Below the pieces are notes generated by a model. It had not been told where the DNA came from. It was given only the letters and a program-made list of their open reading frames with translations, and did not search any database. Shown in pieces: positions 43,707 to 52,759 of a stretch of DNA of 64,000 bases. The stretch comes from Methanobacteriota archaeon. Its GTDB lineage: Archaea > Thermoplasmatota > Thermoplasmata > UBA10834. The DNA is taken from positions 44,621-108,620 of the forward strand of contig DYTN01000002.1 in NCBI GenBank assembly GCA_020725925.1, given 5' to 3'. A program made the position numbers and the translations under genes. Each line of letters starts with the position of its first letter. The first letter of the stretch is position 1.

Positions 43707-43765
43707 GCCACGATGACGAGAAGAACCCAGCTGACCTGTGATGAGTGATGGGCGATCCGAGTGGC
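43707..43765 (+). ncRNA. C/D box guide sRNA candidate
   Basis: C ACGATGA (43710), D' CTGA (43731), C' GTGATGA (43738), D CCGA (43757); 14 and 12 nt guides; terminal stem; TTCTTAAG TATA-like box about 25 nt upstream. Confidence 0.7.
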
Positions 43766-43832
43766 ATTCCGCACTTGAAGGAAAGAAATATACCAGCGTG
43801 AGGCATCGAGGGTGCGGGAGCTGTGAGCTGAC

Positions 43833-44249
43833 ATGGTGACAGGGTTCGACTACCTGGGCCAGGACAAGGCTCTGCAGGAGCATTGGTTGAGGAGGCTCAT
43901 CGCCATAGTCGTCGACGCCGTCCTGATCTACGCGCCTGTGCTGATCCTCCTACGGATACTCGGCACTCCGATCCTGTTCCCCGGGTTCCTTACGGGCGCG
44001 CTGTTTTTCTTCTACTGCGCCCTGTTCGACCTCGCCATAGGCGGCACTGTCGGCAAGATGCTCATGCGGCTGAAGACGGTCTCTGTCACCGGGCAGGTGA
44101 ACGTCTCGCAGGCACTGATGAGGAACGTGTCGAAGGTCTTCGGGCCGCTGCTGCTCCTGGACTGGATAATAGGGATGGCGGTGGACACGCACGACCCGAG
44201 GCAGAAGTGGACCGATCAGGTAGCCCGGACCTCGGTGATGCTCCACTAG
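43833..44249 (+). CDS. RDD family membrane protein
   Basis: RRLIAIVVD..GGTVGK..RN..RQKWTD..A.T.V. Confidence 0.85.
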   Translation: MVTGFDYLGQDKALQEHWLRRLIAIVVDAVLIYAPVLILLRILGTPILFPGFLTGALFFFYCALFDLAIGGTVGKMLMRLKTVSVTGQVNVSQALMRNVSKVFGPLLLLDWIIGMAVDTHDPRQKWTDQVARTSVMLH

Positions 44250-44485
44250 GGCACCCACCAGACCCAGCCGCGCTTCTCGAGCGAGGCCTCGCCCCTGATC
44301 AGGCCCCTCCTCTTCATCTTGGTCAGGAAGATGACAGTCTGGTCAGGGCAGCGCTTGTGCTCCTTCCTCGCGCGCCTCTCGATCTCCATGGTGCTCATCG
44401 AGCCTTCGAGCTTGAGCAGGTCGATGACGAACCTCTCGGCCGAAGAGACGTCCATGACCACGATATCAGGGCCTGAGTCCTTCAT
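44246..44485 (-). CDS. Small winged-helix-like protein
   Basis: 79 aa, helix pattern ending in KMKRRGLIRGE..GWVW wing; typical codon usage. Confidence 0.6.
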   Translation of the reverse strand: MKDSGPDIVVMDVSSAERFVIDLLKLEGSMSTMEIERRARKEHKRCPDQTVIFLTKMKRRGLIRGEASLEKRGWVWWVP

Positions 44486-44553
44486 CGCCCGGCGTATTGC
44501 CCGGGCTCTGAATAATCCCTTCCCTCGCGGAGAGGACCGGGGCCAGACGGCGC

Positions 44554-45084
44554 CTAGTCTCCCTGGAAGATCAGCGAGTAGATCTCCGAGCTTGTGGGGT
44601 CGTGCATGAGGAAGAGCTGGTAGGTCACCGTGTTATCGAACTCTCCCCCGCTGGTGGTGAGCGTGAAGCTGTCCCCCTGGTTCACGAGGCCGTTCCCGGC
44701 AAGGTCCGTGATGTTGATGAACACCGTCAGCGAACCCAGGGTCTGGCTCCCGAAGCTCTTGACGACCGGCGCGGAGCCGGTCATGACAGTCGTCGTGATG
44801 TTGGTGAAGGCGATTGCGTTGGTCCCGTCCGTGAGCATGACGCTGATGTCGCTCCAGACGGTCTCCCGCGAGAAGGGCGTGAATGTGAACTTGAAGCCAT
44901 CCGTGACAGACGCCTTGGTGAGGCTCGCGACGGGCGGGGAGTTGCTGGAGCCCAGTCCGAGCCCGAAGACCATGACATACAGCGTCGCGGCGAGCACGAC
45001 GGTGATGCCGACGAGGAGGATCGTCGCTATGACGGGTGAAACGGCGGGTGTGTCGAGTCTCCTTCGGCACCAGACCTTCTTCAT
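44554..45084 (-). CDS. Archaeal type IV pilin (paralog 2)
   Basis: PA|VSPVIATILLVGITVVLAATLYVMV. Confidence 0.9.
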   Translation of the reverse strand: MKKVWCRRRLDTPAVSPVIATILLVGITVVLAATLYVMVFGLGLGSSNSPPVASLTKASVTDGFKFTFTPFSRETVWSDISVMLTDGTNAIAFTNITTTVMTGSAPVVKSFGSQTLGSLTVFINITDLAGNGLVNQGDSFTLTTSGGEFDNTVTYQLFLMHDPTSSEIYSLIFQGD

Positions 45085-45293
45085 GGCACTCATCCCAGCG
45101 GGGGACGGGACGGGCAATCCCTTGGGACGTTCATAAACGCTTGTGAATATAAAAATAGTTGCATTCCAGATTCATCGGAAGCAAGACGTTCGGAATGCAA
45201 GAACTCAGGCCATGGCTCGCCCACGACCTATGCAGAAAAGGAAGAAGTTGGAAAGGGTTTTTGGGTCTTCCATCAGGCAATGATGCCGCTCGA

Positions 45294-45824
45294 CTAGCCG
45301 TTGAAGCTTGCGTGGCAGATCTCAGCGGATGTCGGGTCGTGCATTATGGTGACGGTGTAGGTCACCGATGCCGAGAAGGTTGTCGCGCCCGTCTGGAAGG
45401 TCATGTAGTCTCCCTGGTTCACATAACCGTTGCCCGCGAGGTCCGTGAGGTTGCACCAGACCGTCAACGAGCCGAGAGCCCTACCGGCCGTGGTCGGGTC
45501 GTCGTACTCCGCTGGGGGCGTCGAGTCAGTCAGTGCGGCTGTCGTCGGTGCCCATGTCAGCGTGTTCGTCCCGTCCGTGAGCTGGATCGTGATGTCACCC
45601 CATGGGGTGTCCTTGCTCATCGGGGCGAAGGTGTACTTCACGCCGTAGTTCACCGTCGTCTTCGTAATGCTCGACGTTGGGGTTTGAGACGTTGTCCCGC
45701 CGAATCCCAGGACCATGACATACAGCACGGCCGCTAGAACGACGGTGATGGCAACCATTAGAATGGTCGCGATCACAGGGGACACTGCCTCGGCATCCTT
45801 GCGGATTGCCCAGATCTTCTTCAT
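45294..45824 (-). CDS. Archaeal type IV pilin (paralog 1, probable major pilin)
   Basis: KDAEA|VSPVIATILMVAITVVLAAVLYVMV; own TATA box (TATTTAAA) and downstream T-rich terminator-like tract. Confidence 0.92.
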   Translation of the reverse strand: MKKIWAIRKDAEAVSPVIATILMVAITVVLAAVLYVMVLGFGGTTSQTPTSSITKTTVNYGVKYTFAPMSKDTPWGDITIQLTDGTNTLTWAPTTAALTDSTPPAEYDDPTTAGRALGSLTVWCNLTDLAGNGYVNQGDYMTFQTGATTFSASVTYTVTIMHDPTSAEICHASFNG

Positions 45825-45917
45825 GTTTTGTCCTCCTGCAGGCCTTTCGGCCCGCACGGGATGTAATACGCCGGTGCTGAGTTTAAATAGCTTTGCGGCT
45901 GGTTCTCATAGACGAGC

Positions 45918-45935
45918 GTTATCGCTTTCGATAAC
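45918..45935. promoter_or_regulatory. Palindromic operator-like site upstream of the pilin promoter
   Basis: GTTATCG-CTTT-CGATAAC perfect 7-bp inverted repeat about 28 nt upstream of the TATA box. Confidence 0.45.
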
Positions 45936-46057
45936 TGCCGAATTGGACCATCTGGCTATGTCGCATTCCTTAGGGGACACAAGAAGACTATGTCTTCTTG
46001 GGCCTGTGAGGCCAGTACTAGAAACGACGACATTCCCGGAAGAGGCGACACACCGGC

Positions 46058-46783
46058 CTAGCCGGGCTTGATGCCCGTCCTGTCGTAGATCGCTGGTATT
46101 ATGCCCACCATCGCGGGCCTGTTCCTGACCTTCTGCACTACTATGTACTTCTTGAACTCGTGCCCGACCTTCTCCCTGTCGAGCTCTATTATCACGTCCG
46201 CGAGGTCCTCAAGGCTGCTCTGGATCTTCGAGTCATGCACGCCCTTCAGCATCGTGTTCAGCGTGACGCTCTCGGAGTGCTGCGTGTGGGCCTTGATCGT
46301 GCGCATGGCCATGAGCACCTCCTGGCTCTCGTAGTTCTCGAGGTAGAAGTCCAGCGAGTTGATCACGACCCTGAAGGGCGGGTTCAGCTTCGATATCTCA
46401 TACGCCAGGAAGGTGAGGAAGTTCTCCTCCTTGGCGGCGTCCTGGTCCCTGAACTTCCTGATGTCGCTGAGCGTGATGCCCTCCTGCCTGAACCTGCTCA
46501 CCTCGAGCTTCCTGGCGAGGACCTTCTCGTAGTACTTCCTTCCGATGTTGACTATCTTGATATCCGTCCTCCAGCCGTACTCGCGCATGACTGCCAGGAC
46601 ATCCTCGTCCCGCTCCGTGGACGTGAAGTAGGTCACGGGCTCGGTGCCCGCGGAGGCGAACTGCTTCGCGAAGAACTCCGTGCCGGAGCCCGGGCCGCCC
46701 ATCACGAGCAGGGTCGAGCCCTTCAGGATTCCTCCTCCGAGGTGCTCGTCCAGGGCAGGTATCCCTATGCTCGTGAACTGCAT
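46058..46783 (-). CDS. KaiC/RAD55-like protein with degenerate Walker motifs
   Basis: SIGIPALDEHLGGG, GGPGSGTE (no Lys), VVINSL, VQKVRN. Confidence 0.85.
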   Translation of the reverse strand: MQFTSIGIPALDEHLGGGILKGSTLLVMGGPGSGTEFFAKQFASAGTEPVTYFTSTERDEDVLAVMREYGWRTDIKIVNIGRKYYEKVLARKLEVSRFRQEGITLSDIRKFRDQDAAKEENFLTFLAYEISKLNPPFRVVINSLDFYLENYESQEVLMAMRTIKAHTQHSESVTLNTMLKGVHDSKIQSSLEDLADVIIELDREKVGHEFKKYIVVQKVRNRPAMVGIIPAIYDRTGIKPG

Positions 46784-46784
46784 G

Positions 46785-47381
46785 TCAGCCCTCCCGCAGC
46801 TTGCCCGCGTGGATGCCGTGGTCGCACACGAGGTTGACCATGTTGCTTATGTCCGGGGTCGAGTGCTCCTCGACTGTGAGTATCACGGTGTACGCGTCCC
46901 TGGACCTCAGCCCGGACACCAGTATGTGGAGGAGCTCAGACAAGATCCAGTTGTTGTTGTGTATGGCCAGGGAGTTGATGGAATCGATCACGACGACCTT
47001 GCCCTCGGACTGCGACCGCCTGATCAGGTACTCGACCTTGAGCATCAGGTTCTCCAGCATCGTCGGGCTCTCGACCAGGGTGGTCTTCTCGTCCTGCGCT
47101 GCGGTCGAGGCGCCCATCATGATGTGCGATATGCAGTCGACGAAGAAGACCCTCTCGGAGTCTATGTCCAGGGCCTCGAGCACGCGCTTGATGGCCTCGG
47201 AGGATATCGTCGCGGTGACGTATATCGTGTCCATCTTCTTCTTGTTCGCGAACAGGTCCACGACGCCTCGGATGACATCAAGGTAGTTGTCCACGCTCAT
47301 CTGCAGGGAGACCGCCGAGGCCTCGGGCATCTCGAGGAGTTCGTCCGCGATCTGTTGCGCGCTGGCCAGCTCCGGGCTCAT
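46785..47381 (-). CDS. Inactive KaiC-like (DUF835-type) protein
   Basis: TIYVTA, VFFVDCIS, VESPTMLE, VVIDSINSL; no Walker A. Confidence 0.7.
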   Translation of the reverse strand: MSPELASAQQIADELLEMPEASAVSLQMSVDNYLDVIRGVVDLFANKKKMDTIYVTATISSEAIKRVLEALDIDSERVFFVDCISHIMMGASTAAQDEKTTLVESPTMLENLMLKVEYLIRRSQSEGKVVVIDSINSLAIHNNNWILSELLHILVSGLRSRDAYTVILTVEEHSTPDISNMVNLVCDHGIHAGKLREG

Positions 47382-48127
47382 TGCGTGCTACCTCCTTTCA
47401 GGAGCGGCACCAGGAGGACACCCATGGGCGTGAGGTCCAGCACGTACTTGGCCCTCGAGTGCATCGTGCCCCTCATCTTGATCACCTGGAGCGTCCTGAG
47501 CAGGTCGCCCCTCCGCTCCATGTTCGCCATGAGCACGATCCCGTCTGCGATGGCCTCCTCGACCCCGAAGCTGGAGTACGATGTGGAATCGGCTGGCACC
47601 TCACCGACCAGGATGGATGTGCAGCCCAGGTCGGAGAGCGCCTTGCTGAGCTTGAGTATGAAGTCCCTGATCTTCTCGGATGTCTTCAGCTTGTAGCAGA
47701 CGGAGGTGATGGAGTCTATCACGAGCCTCTTGCTTCCGAGCTCCTTGGCCAGGCTGGCCAGGGCGGACACCAGCAGGTCTATCTCCTCCATGCTCAGGTC
47801 TGGCTTCGTGAGCCCGAGCCGCTCGTACATGATGGGCATGTCCACGAACACGAGCCTGCCGGACCTGACCAGGGTCCTGTCGAAGAACCTGTAGGGGATG
47901 ATGTTCGCCAGGAGCTTCTCTGAGTTCTCCGTGACGGATATGAAGAGGGAGTTTTCCCCCCTGATGGCGCCATGGATCAGGAACTCGAGCGCGAGCGAGG
48001 TCTTGCCCGTCCCGCAGCTGCCCGTGAGCAGGACCGTGTTCGTCCTCGGTATCCCGCCGTACAGGATGGTGTCGAGCCCCTCCACGCCAGTCGCGCAACG
48101 TTCCCTGTCGCCAGGCTTCAGAGGCAT
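47378..48127 (-). CDS. KaiC/RAD55-family ATPase
   Basis: TGVEGLDTILYGGIP, GSCGTGKT, LVIDSIT, QVIKMRGTMH. Confidence 0.92.
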   Translation of the reverse strand: MPLKPGDRERCATGVEGLDTILYGGIPRTNTVLLTGSCGTGKTSLALEFLIHGAIRGENSLFISVTENSEKLLANIIPYRFFDRTLVRSGRLVFVDMPIMYERLGLTKPDLSMEEIDLLVSALASLAKELGSKRLVIDSITSVCYKLKTSEKIRDFILKLSKALSDLGCTSILVGEVPADSTSYSSFGVEEAIADGIVLMANMERRGDLLRTLQVIKMRGTMHSRAKYVLDLTPMGVLLVPLLKGGSTQ

Positions 48128-48246
48128 CGTTCCTTGAGAATGACCTGTTCCACTTATTATGGTTTCTTCTTGGACGTGCGAGCGCACATACGCGCCAGTC
48201 AGTACCATTCGTTCGACATGTTTTTAGCCGAGGAAGGAGGTCTTCG

Positions 48247-49545
48247 ATGCCGATGAAGCCCGTGCTCCAGGTCGCGCTCGACCTCGTCCATGCTGAGCGG
48301 GCGCTCAAGATAGCAGCCGATGCCGTCAAGGGCGGCGTCGACTGGATAGAGGCCGGCACTCCACTGATAAAGAGCGAGGGCATGGAGGTCGTGCGCCAGC
48401 TCAAGAAGACTTTCCCGAGGCACACCATCGTCGCGGACATGAAGACGATCGATGTCGGAGGCGCCGAGGTCGAGATCGCGGCGAAGTCGGGCGCGGATGT
48501 CGTGGTCGTCCTCGGTGTGTCATCGGACCCCACTATCACGGAGGCGATCCTGAGCGCAAGGCAGTACGGAGCCAAGGTCATGGTCGATCTCTTCAATGTC
48601 CATGGCATCAAGGCCCGGGCGAAGGAGGTCGAGTGCATGGGCGCGGACTACCTGTGCGTGCACATCGGCGTGGACGAGCAGATGGTGGGCGGCACGCCCC
48701 TTTCAGAACTCAGGACGCTCGCGAAAGCGACAAGACTGCCAATCGCTGTTGCAGGGGGCATCAACAGCGAGACCGCTCAGGACGTGGTCAAGGCCGGGGC
48801 GTCGATTGTCATAGTCGGCGGGGCCATCATCAAGGCGAAGGACGTCGCTGCGGCAGCAAGGTCGGTCAAGCGGGCGATGACCACGGGCAAGAAGGTCAAA
48901 ACCGAGCTGTTCAAGAAGTACGGCGAGAAGGACCTCTTTGAGGCCTTCTCGAAGGTGTCCTCGCCCAACGTCGCGGACGCCCAGCACAAGAAGGGCTCGA
49001 TGAAGGGCATCCACCCGAGGATCGCTCACGGCGTCAAGATGGTCGGGAAGGCGCTGACGGTGCACACAGTCAACGGCGACTGGGCCAAGTCCGTCGAGGC
49101 GATCGACCGGGCGAAGCCAGGCGATGTCATCGTCATCGACGCCTGCGCGGGCGACATCGCCGTCTGGGGAGAGCTTGCCTCTTGGAGCTGCAAGACCAAG
49201 GGTGTCGCGGGCGTGGTAATCGATGGCGCGGCTAGGGACATCGACTCGATCATCGAGATGGGCTTCCCGCTCTTCTCGAGGCATGTGACCTCCAACGCGG
49301 GGGAGCCCAAGGGCTACGGGGGCATAGGGCACGAGATCGTCTGCGGCGGAGTCACCGTCAGGACGGGCGACTGGATCATCGGAGATGAGAGCGGGGTGGT
49401 CGTCGTCCCGCAGGAGCACGCAGTCGAGGTAGCCAACAGGGCCCTGGACGTGATGGAGCGGGAGAACAGGCTCAGAGAGGAGATCAAGAAGGGCGGCACC
49501 CTCTCGAGCGTGATGAACCTCGAGAAATGGGAAAAGGTCGGTTGA
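48247..49545 (+). CDS. hxlA: 3-hexulose-6-phosphate synthase fused to an RraA/HMG-aldolase-like domain
   Basis: LQVALD, IEAGTPLI, VADMKTIDVG, VAGGI; C-terminal AVWGEL..IDGAARD..GDESGVVVVP. Confidence 0.85.
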   Translation: MPMKPVLQVALDLVHAERALKIAADAVKGGVDWIEAGTPLIKSEGMEVVRQLKKTFPRHTIVADMKTIDVGGAEVEIAAKSGADVVVVLGVSSDPTITEAILSARQYGAKVMVDLFNVHGIKARAKEVECMGADYLCVHIGVDEQMVGGTPLSELRTLAKATRLPIAVAGGINSETAQDVVKAGASIVIVGGAIIKAKDVAAAARSVKRAMTTGKKVKTELFKKYGEKDLFEAFSKVSSPNVADAQHKKGSMKGIHPRIAHGVKMVGKALTVHTVNGDWAKSVEAIDRAKPGDVIVIDACAGDIAVWGELASWSCKTKGVAGVVIDGAARDIDSIIEMGFPLFSRHVTSNAGEPKGYGGIGHEIVCGGVTVRTGDWIIGDESGVVVVPQEHAVEVANRALDVMERENRLREEIKKGGTLSSVMNLEKWEKVG

Positions 49546-49557
49546 AGGGCCTCCCGG

Positions 49558-50427
49558 TCAGCCGATGAAACCGGTCTGGTCGGCGAGCTGCTCCAGCCTC
49601 TTGACCCTCGACTCGATCGACGGGTGCGTCATGAATAGCGTTACGAGCCCGCTGCCCCTGAACGGGTTCACGATGAAGAGCGAGGCCGATGCGGGGCTGC
49701 CCCTCTGGAGAGGACGCCTCCGGTTGCCCTCCTCGAGCTTCTCGAGCGCGCGGGCCAGTGCCAGTGGTTTCTGGATCATGAGCGCGCCCTCCTTGTCCGC
49801 CTTGTACTCGCGGCTCCTCGAAATCGCGAGCCGCAGCAGCATGGCGGCCAGAGGGGCCGTGATGGCGACCACCAGGAGCAGCAGCGCGTTGTTATTGCTC
49901 CTCCTGCTGCCCATGGAGGCATACCACGCGTACCTAGCTGCGAAGGATATCGCGCCCGCAACTGTAGCAGCTATGGACATCACGAGCATGTCCCTGTCCT
50001 TGATGTGAGCCATCTCGTGGGCAAGGACGCCTTCGAGCTCGTCGTCAGTGAGCTGAGACATCAGTCCCTCGGTCGCCGCCACGACGGCGTTGTTCTTGTT
50101 CCTTCCAGTGGCGAACGCGTTCGGGGTCTGGGTCGACACGATGGCGATCCTCGGCATGGGCATGTCCCCCTTGAGGCAGACCTTGTTGACCACGTTGTAG
50201 AGCCTTGGGGCCTCCGCCTGAGAGGCGATCTTGGCCTTGTAGGACCAGAGCACTATCCTGTCGCTGAAGAAGTAACTGATGAAGTTGATTATCGCCGCGA
50301 GAACGAGGAACACGAGAGCTCCTGTGACCCAGTCGTTGAAGAACACGCCGCCCAGGACCCAGCCTATGACCATGAACAGGGCTATCAGGGCGCCGAAAAG
50401 CGCGGCTATCCTCAATGTGGCCTGCAT
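49558..50427 (-). CDS. htpX: Zinc metalloprotease HtpX (M48)
   Basis: PNAFATGR, HEMAH, SRSREYKAD, THPS. Confidence 0.93.
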   Translation of the reverse strand: MQATLRIAALFGALIALFMVIGWVLGGVFFNDWVTGALVFLVLAAIINFISYFFSDRIVLWSYKAKIASQAEAPRLYNVVNKVCLKGDMPMPRIAIVSTQTPNAFATGRNKNNAVVAATEGLMSQLTDDELEGVLAHEMAHIKDRDMLVMSIAATVAGAISFAARYAWYASMGSRRSNNNALLLLVVAITAPLAAMLLRLAISRSREYKADKEGALMIQKPLALARALEKLEEGNRRRPLQRGSPASASLFIVNPFRGSGLVTLFMTHPSIESRVKRLEQLADQTGFIG

Positions 50428-50643
50428 TAGGTCTACTCCCCCTCTTCGTGCATGTCGGTGTGCAGGTCCCATTTACTCCAATGTCGGATAAGAAGCTTTC
50501 GACGTGAGTCCTACGCAAGTCGACGAATCTGATCGTCCTCCTTCGAGACCCGCATGAGAACGGAAGTAAGGGTTTATTGGGAATGAGAGCTTACCATCCG
50601 CGGGGGAGAATTCTCCGCCCTGACTCTCGAAGCACCCCAGCAG

Positions 50644-52122
50644 GTGTTCAAGATGGAGACGACAGACGACAAGATGGAAAGAAGGCTGTACAGCCATGAC
50701 CTCGCACCGCTTCCGAAGGAGATGGACCTCATCTTCAAGACCATGCCCGACCACGTCGACAGGCCGCAGTACGCCCAGGATGTCGCGCAACTGGTCAAGA
50801 AGGCCATAAACACGAACACGCCCCTCGTTCCGAGGGGGGCGGGCACCTGGGGCCTCGGGGGCTCGGTCCCGGTCAAGGGCGGGCGCGTCCTGGACATGAC
50901 CGCCATGAACAAGATCCTCAGCATCGATGAGGTGAATCTAATCGTCACCGTCCAGCCAGGGGTGACGTGGAAGGCGCTCGCTGATGCTCTGGACGCGAAG
51001 GGCCTCTTCCTGCCGTGCTATCCCAGCAGCTTCCCATCGGCCACGCTCGGCGGGTGGATCAACACTGGAGGCACGGGCATTGGTGCGTTCAAGTACGGCA
51101 GCGCGGGCGACCTCATCAGAGACCTCGAGGTCGTGCTTCCAACGGCCGAGATAATCCACACCGGGGACAAGTACGTCCCGCAGAACGGCGGAGGGCCCAA
51201 CCTGAACTGGCTGTTCGTTGGCTCGGAGGGCACGCTCGGCGTCGTAACAGAGATCACCTTCGCAGTCCTGCCGAAGCCCGAGGAACTCAGGCCGGTCACA
51301 TATTCCTTCGACGACCTCAGGAGTTTCCAGCCAGCCCTCAAGAGGCTCGTCAGGAGCGGCGTCGCACCGATGCACATCATGTTCGGTGACAGGCTGCACT
51401 ACGAGTACCTCAGGGCCATAGGCAAGCACGCGCCCGATGTCGGGGCACTGGTCACGATGTCCCTCACGGGCACGAAGGCCCAGGTGGACATGGACGAGAA
51501 GACGATAGATGAGATCATGACCGCCGCGGGCGCGAAGAAGGAGCCCAAGGAGCTCGCGCAGCACGAGTGGACTGAGCGAAGCTACGAGTTCCGGGTCCGG
51601 GAGCTCGGCGTGGGTGCCATTCCCGGCGAGATACTCGTGCCCATAGAGAACCTGAACAAGGTCCTGGACGGCACGGCGAAGCTGATCCAGCAGCTCAAGC
51701 TCAAGGCGCCCTTGATCGGCACCGTCGTGGACAACAACACGGCCATGCTCATGCCGTACTATCTGACGGACGAGCACAAGCTCGTTGCGTCGACTGCAGC
51801 TATGGGCTTCGCCAAGAGGCTCGGGGACCTGGCCTTCGAGAACGGCGGGAGGCCAGTGGGCCTGGGCATATTCTTCGCCGGGAACCTGGCGAAGTACAGG
51901 GGCAGGGACGGCGCGATGCTCATCCGGAAGCTCAAGGACACGATGGACCCGTACGGCATCATGAACCCAGGCAAGATGGTGGAGACTGGCACTCGGTTCG
52001 GCATATCCATGCCCGCGTTCCTGATGAACTTCGGCATGCACTTGATGGGCTCTGTGAAGAGGATCCTCCCCAGGGACAAGATGGGCGAGAGGGAACTCTC
52101 GAAGCTGAAGAAGGGCCACTGA
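50644..52122 (+). CDS. FAD-binding oxidoreductase (GlcD/D-lactate dehydrogenase family)
   Basis: VPRGAGT, ATLGG, GSEGTLGVVT, DPYGIMNPGK. Confidence 0.88.
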   Translation: MFKMETTDDKMERRLYSHDLAPLPKEMDLIFKTMPDHVDRPQYAQDVAQLVKKAINTNTPLVPRGAGTWGLGGSVPVKGGRVLDMTAMNKILSIDEVNLIVTVQPGVTWKALADALDAKGLFLPCYPSSFPSATLGGWINTGGTGIGAFKYGSAGDLIRDLEVVLPTAEIIHTGDKYVPQNGGGPNLNWLFVGSEGTLGVVTEITFAVLPKPEELRPVTYSFDDLRSFQPALKRLVRSGVAPMHIMFGDRLHYEYLRAIGKHAPDVGALVTMSLTGTKAQVDMDEKTIDEIMTAAGAKKEPKELAQHEWTERSYEFRVRELGVGAIPGEILVPIENLNKVLDGTAKLIQQLKLKAPLIGTVVDNNTAMLMPYYLTDEHKLVASTAAMGFAKRLGDLAFENGGRPVGLGIFFAGNLAKYRGRDGAMLIRKLKDTMDPYGIMNPGKMVETGTRFGISMPAFLMNFGMHLMGSVKRILPRDKMGERELSKLKKGH

Positions 52123-52128
52123 AGGGCT

Positions 52129-52698
52129 TCACGCTGCCGCCAGGGAAGGGTACGACCTCTTGACATAGTACGACAGCAGGGCGCCTATGGTGCCGCCGAG
52201 CACCACCTGGGCCACATTGATTGGAACCTCGGCCAGGGCCTTCCCCAGGCCGACGTTGAGCACCAGCAATTCGCCCACGAAGTATGTCGTTATCATGCAC
52301 AGGCCGCCGACGGCAATCCCAGCGACCACAGCCCATAGCTGCCCGCCACGGAGCCTGCCAATCACTCCGGCCACATAGCCCTCTGCGCCCTTCGCCACCA
52401 GCGTTATCGGCGCGTATATCCCGGAGCCCAGGAGTATGTCCGCGGCTGCGGAGCCTATCCCTCCGCAGATCATGCCCGCCCTCCACCCGAAGGCGAGCGC
52501 GGAGAAGAACACCATCGACTCCCCGAGGTTGAAGTAGCCCTTGGTGGGCGAGAAGGGCGTGTACGAGGCGTACGTGACCGCCGCGGTGAGTGCCGTGAGG
52601 ACGCCATAGACAGCTACCACCTTGGGCGAGACGAACTTGGCCGGCTTCGACTGCGCCAGCGCTGGTCGTCCTTCGGGTTCAATGCTTGGCTCCGCCAT
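52129..52698 (-). CDS. ECF transporter S component
   Basis: GYFNLGE, GIGSAAAD, APITLVAKG; about six TMs. Confidence 0.85.
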   Translation of the reverse strand: MAEPSIEPEGRPALAQSKPAKFVSPKVVAVYGVLTALTAAVTYASYTPFSPTKGYFNLGESMVFFSALAFGWRAGMICGGIGSAAADILLGSGIYAPITLVAKGAEGYVAGVIGRLRGGQLWAVVAGIAVGGLCMITTYFVGELLVLNVGLGKALAEVPINVAQVVLGGTIGALLSYYVKRSYPSLAAA

Positions 52699-52759
52699 GT
52701 TCCCCGAGGCTACACTACGACCCCGTACTTAAACTATGATGTCGCAAGGGGACGAGGGC

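Noticed and set aside
50600-50620. Palindrome GGAGAATTCTCC before the FAD oxidoreductase gene
   Set aside because: Single occurrence with no regulator gene adjacent; cannot be distinguished from chance
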